Assembly: GCF_000485595.1 (NCBI RefSeq)
Contig: NW_014577068.1
Location: 108,407 to 157,677 of the forward strand
Direction: 5' to 3'
DNA from: Priapulus caudatus
Taxonomy: Eukaryota
DNA length: 49,271 nucleotides
The position numbers were made by a program, and so were the translations under genes. Under the pieces are notes generated by a model, which was not told the origin of the DNA, made no database searches, and saw only the letters and a list, made by a program, of their open reading frames with translations. Each line of letters begins with the position of its first letter. Position 1 is the stretch's first letter. Below, in pieces: positions 45,985 to 49,271 of the stretch.

Positions 45985-46395
45985 TATGTGCGTGTGTGTG
46001 TGTGTGTGTGCGTGCGTGCGTGCGTGTGTGTGCGTGTGTACGTGTGCGTGTGCGTGTGCGTGTGCGTGTGCGTGTGCGTGTGCNNNNNNNNNNNNNNNNN
46101 NNNNNNNNNNNNNNNNNNNNNNNNNNNNNNNNNNNNNNNNNNNNNNNNNNNNNNNNNNNNNNNNNNNNNNNNNNNNNNNNNNNNNNNNNNNNNNNNNNNN
46201 NNNNNNNNNNNNNNNNNNNNNNNNNNNNNNNNNNNNNNNNNNNNNNNNNNNNNNNNNNNNNNNNNNNNNNNNNNNNNNNNNNNNNNNNNNNNNNNNNNNN
46301 NNNNNNNNNNNNNNNNNNNNNNNNNNGTGTGTGTGTGTGTCGTGTGTGTGTGTCGTGTGTGTGTGTGTGTGTGTGTATGTGTGTGTATGTGTGTG

Positions 46396-46432
<37 letters not shown>

Positions 46433-46655
46433 CGTGTGTGCGTGTGTGTGCGTGTGTGCGTGTGCGTGCGTATGTGCGTGTGTGTTTGGGCACACGTGTG
46501 TGCGCGTACGTATGTGCGTTTGTGTGTATTGGCGTACGCGTGTGCCTGCGCTCGTTTGTATGTGCGTGCCTGCATGCATACGAGCGAGCACGTGCGGACG
46601 TGCGTGCGCGTATGCGTGTCGGCGTGTCCGTGGGTGCGTGCACGCAGTCGTGCAA
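45985..46655. repeat. GT/GCGT compound microsatellite with N-gap
   Basis: Visible. Confidence 0.9.
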
Positions 46656-49271
46656 GCATACGGACTTGAGTCTGCGTAAGTGTTCACTACTAAAACTATT
46701 TACATACGGGGTCACATATCTATAGTCTCTAACAATGGCGTTTTTTTGGCGAACAACTCGAGTCGGACGTGGAGACAAAATGTGAGTCATCATTATTGTT
46801 TTGATCGCCGCATAATATTACTGCTAGTGTTTTGTGTTTTACAGACAGCGGAAAGCGCGGACGTCAGCAGCTCACAGATGAAGCCAGTTCAATCTCCATT
46901 ACAAACCCGTTACGCCGCACAAGCTCCCGCGTGCAAAACCCAATTTACGCCTCCGCTGGGATTGGAAAAAAATTCGCCTACTTGCAAAAACTATAAGCTG
47001 CCGCTGCCGCAGCGTTTCTCGTATAGAAACTGTTTCTAATCAGATTTCGTTTCCGTCTTCCAAATCGTATTACAGGACGCGGGCGGAGAAAAATAATCCA
47101 GTAACGAAAATTGCTGACGGAGGTTAGGCGCCGACGTTAATGAGGGCTAAACGAGTTACTGACGCAGGTCAAAATATGAAAACAAACAAGAATAGCATCG
47201 TCTGAATGAAGAAGGCGGTATAACGGTGTGCGGTAGCATAATACTAAGACCCTTACAGACTGACGTACTACCGACTTATGTAAGTATATAATAGCCTATC
47301 GATCTCGACAGCCAGGCAGTGTATCTTTAACTCGAGGTCAACTATTTAAAGCGAAATATTTTCAGTGGCCATAACCTCAAGATGGCAATATTGGCAAGGA
47401 GTTTTACGAGCGGGTTTCAGAGAATTCCGCATTATTGTGGTCTCGCGGCCAGACAATCTGATATTGTAACACAGTTTATTTATTTTTTCGATAATATTGA
47501 TCCAATGTATTGCTTATATATAATCTAAAAAAAACCCATCTCGGTATTCTCGACGTGAATTCTGCACGGTGTTCTTCATCGCGTAAAAACAAGCAGACAC
47601 GAGCGAGCACAGCGTTCACGCGCGCGCACCCGTGCGCACATCCTTTCCTACTACAGCCGTGCTGTGTTTAGACACGTGTTCGCCACCGCAGCGTGCCAAA
47701 TCCAGAACAACCGATCCTATTCACAATTCCGGAGAAAGCCCGGTTTACATTCCCCCGCCTTTAGGCTCTCAGCTCTCGAAGCAATAGAAACCACCTGGAG
47801 AATACGCAACTAGTTTACGCTTCGCGGGTTTGACAGCCGCGCAGATGGGTGATGGCAATGTTTGGATATGTTTTGCGGAGGGTATCACGGATGGCTCGTA
47901 CATCGAGCAGACGAACGCATTTGTGACTAATTCCCTAGGTAAACGTAAAATCTATAATGAGTGCACAGTGGCGAGTGGGACGAACTGAAGTCAACGGTGC
48001 GTGACTGTTGCTGATGATCTCACTATGGTATTGCTAAAGGTCGGCAAATACAACGTTGTATACGTACAGCCGTCGCTCATACTGACATTGAAATTGTTTT
48101 CAATTAATTTCCAAATAACCCGCCCTTATTCAACCTCGGTAATAATACATGTCGCAGAGTCGAGCTTTTATAATGCCAACTGGGAAGATAATATAATCTC
48201 CCCAATGTTTCGAACGAAATAGAAAAACCGAATCAATCACGTCCACAACGAGACAGAAAGAGGTTGCCAAATGTATAACTTTCTTTTGGGACTACAGGTT
48301 ATAATTATATTCCTACGGAATATTAGCGAGGGAATCTATTATGAAGGCACGTGGGAAATTTATCGGATGATAAATCTAGCGTAAGAAATAAATCTATATG
48401 TATCTAACCGAACATCTCACATCTAATCTTTGTCTTGGTACACGCGGAATTTATAGAGACCTTTATCGATCACTTCGGGATTTTTCTTAGCCGACCACCA
48501 AAAACATATGCGCGGTACTATGTAAACGTTTGCGGCGCTAGAGGGCCAGTAGCACGAATCCACGTCCCTGTATAGAATGCAATAAGAGAGGCGTATCATT
48601 GTGCAGCTATTCGCAGGCTGGAGTGTTGCACCGCCGGTGTACACTTTCCCGCTATTCACTCTCGCGTAGGGAAGACGGCGATATATTTCACATGCTATTC
48701 TCGTAGAGGTCGGCTCCCACGTTCGCCTTACACTGCGAGCGAGCACTCAGTGTCAGTATCTGTCATTGTCGGCGTTTGATAATAGATCAACGACAGACAG
48801 CTTACAGAATACGAGCACCGCGACGATACGTAAGATGTCACTCTCATGATTCTATTGGAGTTCGAAAAAGGGTTGGTCTCTGCTCCGGCATCGTAGAATC
48901 GTAGAGGTGTAAAGGTTGTTGATCTCCGCTCCGGCATCGTTGCAGCGTCGAGTTAGCAAATGGTAGCAGATTGTAGCAAAGAGTAAAGACGATGTAGTCG
49001 CAGAATTTGTTCTTGAAGACTGACTTTATTAGTAAACACAATACAAAATATATGCATACGGCAACCTAGGTGACCGTGCCTATGTCCCGTCATCTCTGTT
49101 TTCGTCTATCTCCACTACATCGTCTCTCGTCTCTTCCTCTTGGTAATAACTCTTTTTTATGATCTTTCGCCCGTGCCTATTTATACGTTTCCGAAAACCG
49201 CCCGGCGACTTTTCAATCCGACCGGTTTTTCGTCATTATCGGCCGGACCTTGGCTCGTATGTGTGGCGCGT

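Overview
Repeat-rich animal (probably invertebrate) genomic scaffold with N-gaps and several stretches that look like uncorrected long-read gap fill (about 7.8-13.3 kb and 31.0-38.1 kb). Two convergent intron-containing genes can be read directly. (1) A glyoxylate/hydroxypyruvate reductase (GRHPR) on +, with 8 coding exons from 2455 to 14682; exon 1 was not found and is probably upstream of the window. (2) A ciliary coiled-coil gene CFAP210/CCDC173 on -, with 7 exons from 30452 to 22482, a GC-AG first intron, RFX/forkhead-like promoter motifs and one expected exon missing. Introns hold many mobile-element fossils: a hAT/ZNF862-like transposase with a nested SAP-domain element, a Gypsy pol fragment between two inverted LTR-end/PBS units (one carrying about 67 nt of tRNA-Leu), Helentron-associated HINE-like elements and several MITEs. 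A 36-bp minisatellite amplifies the GRHPR exon-7 splice donor. A noisy second copy of the GRHPR 3' end exposes presence/absence differences. An unclassified ~2.1-kb microsatellite-flanked segment occurs three times. From 38 to 49 kb I can support only microsatellites and unassigned sequence. I found no convincing new protein-coding system; the best leads are the splice-donor array, the tRNA-extended primer site and the triplicated element. All family assignments are from motif recognition by eye, with no database searches.
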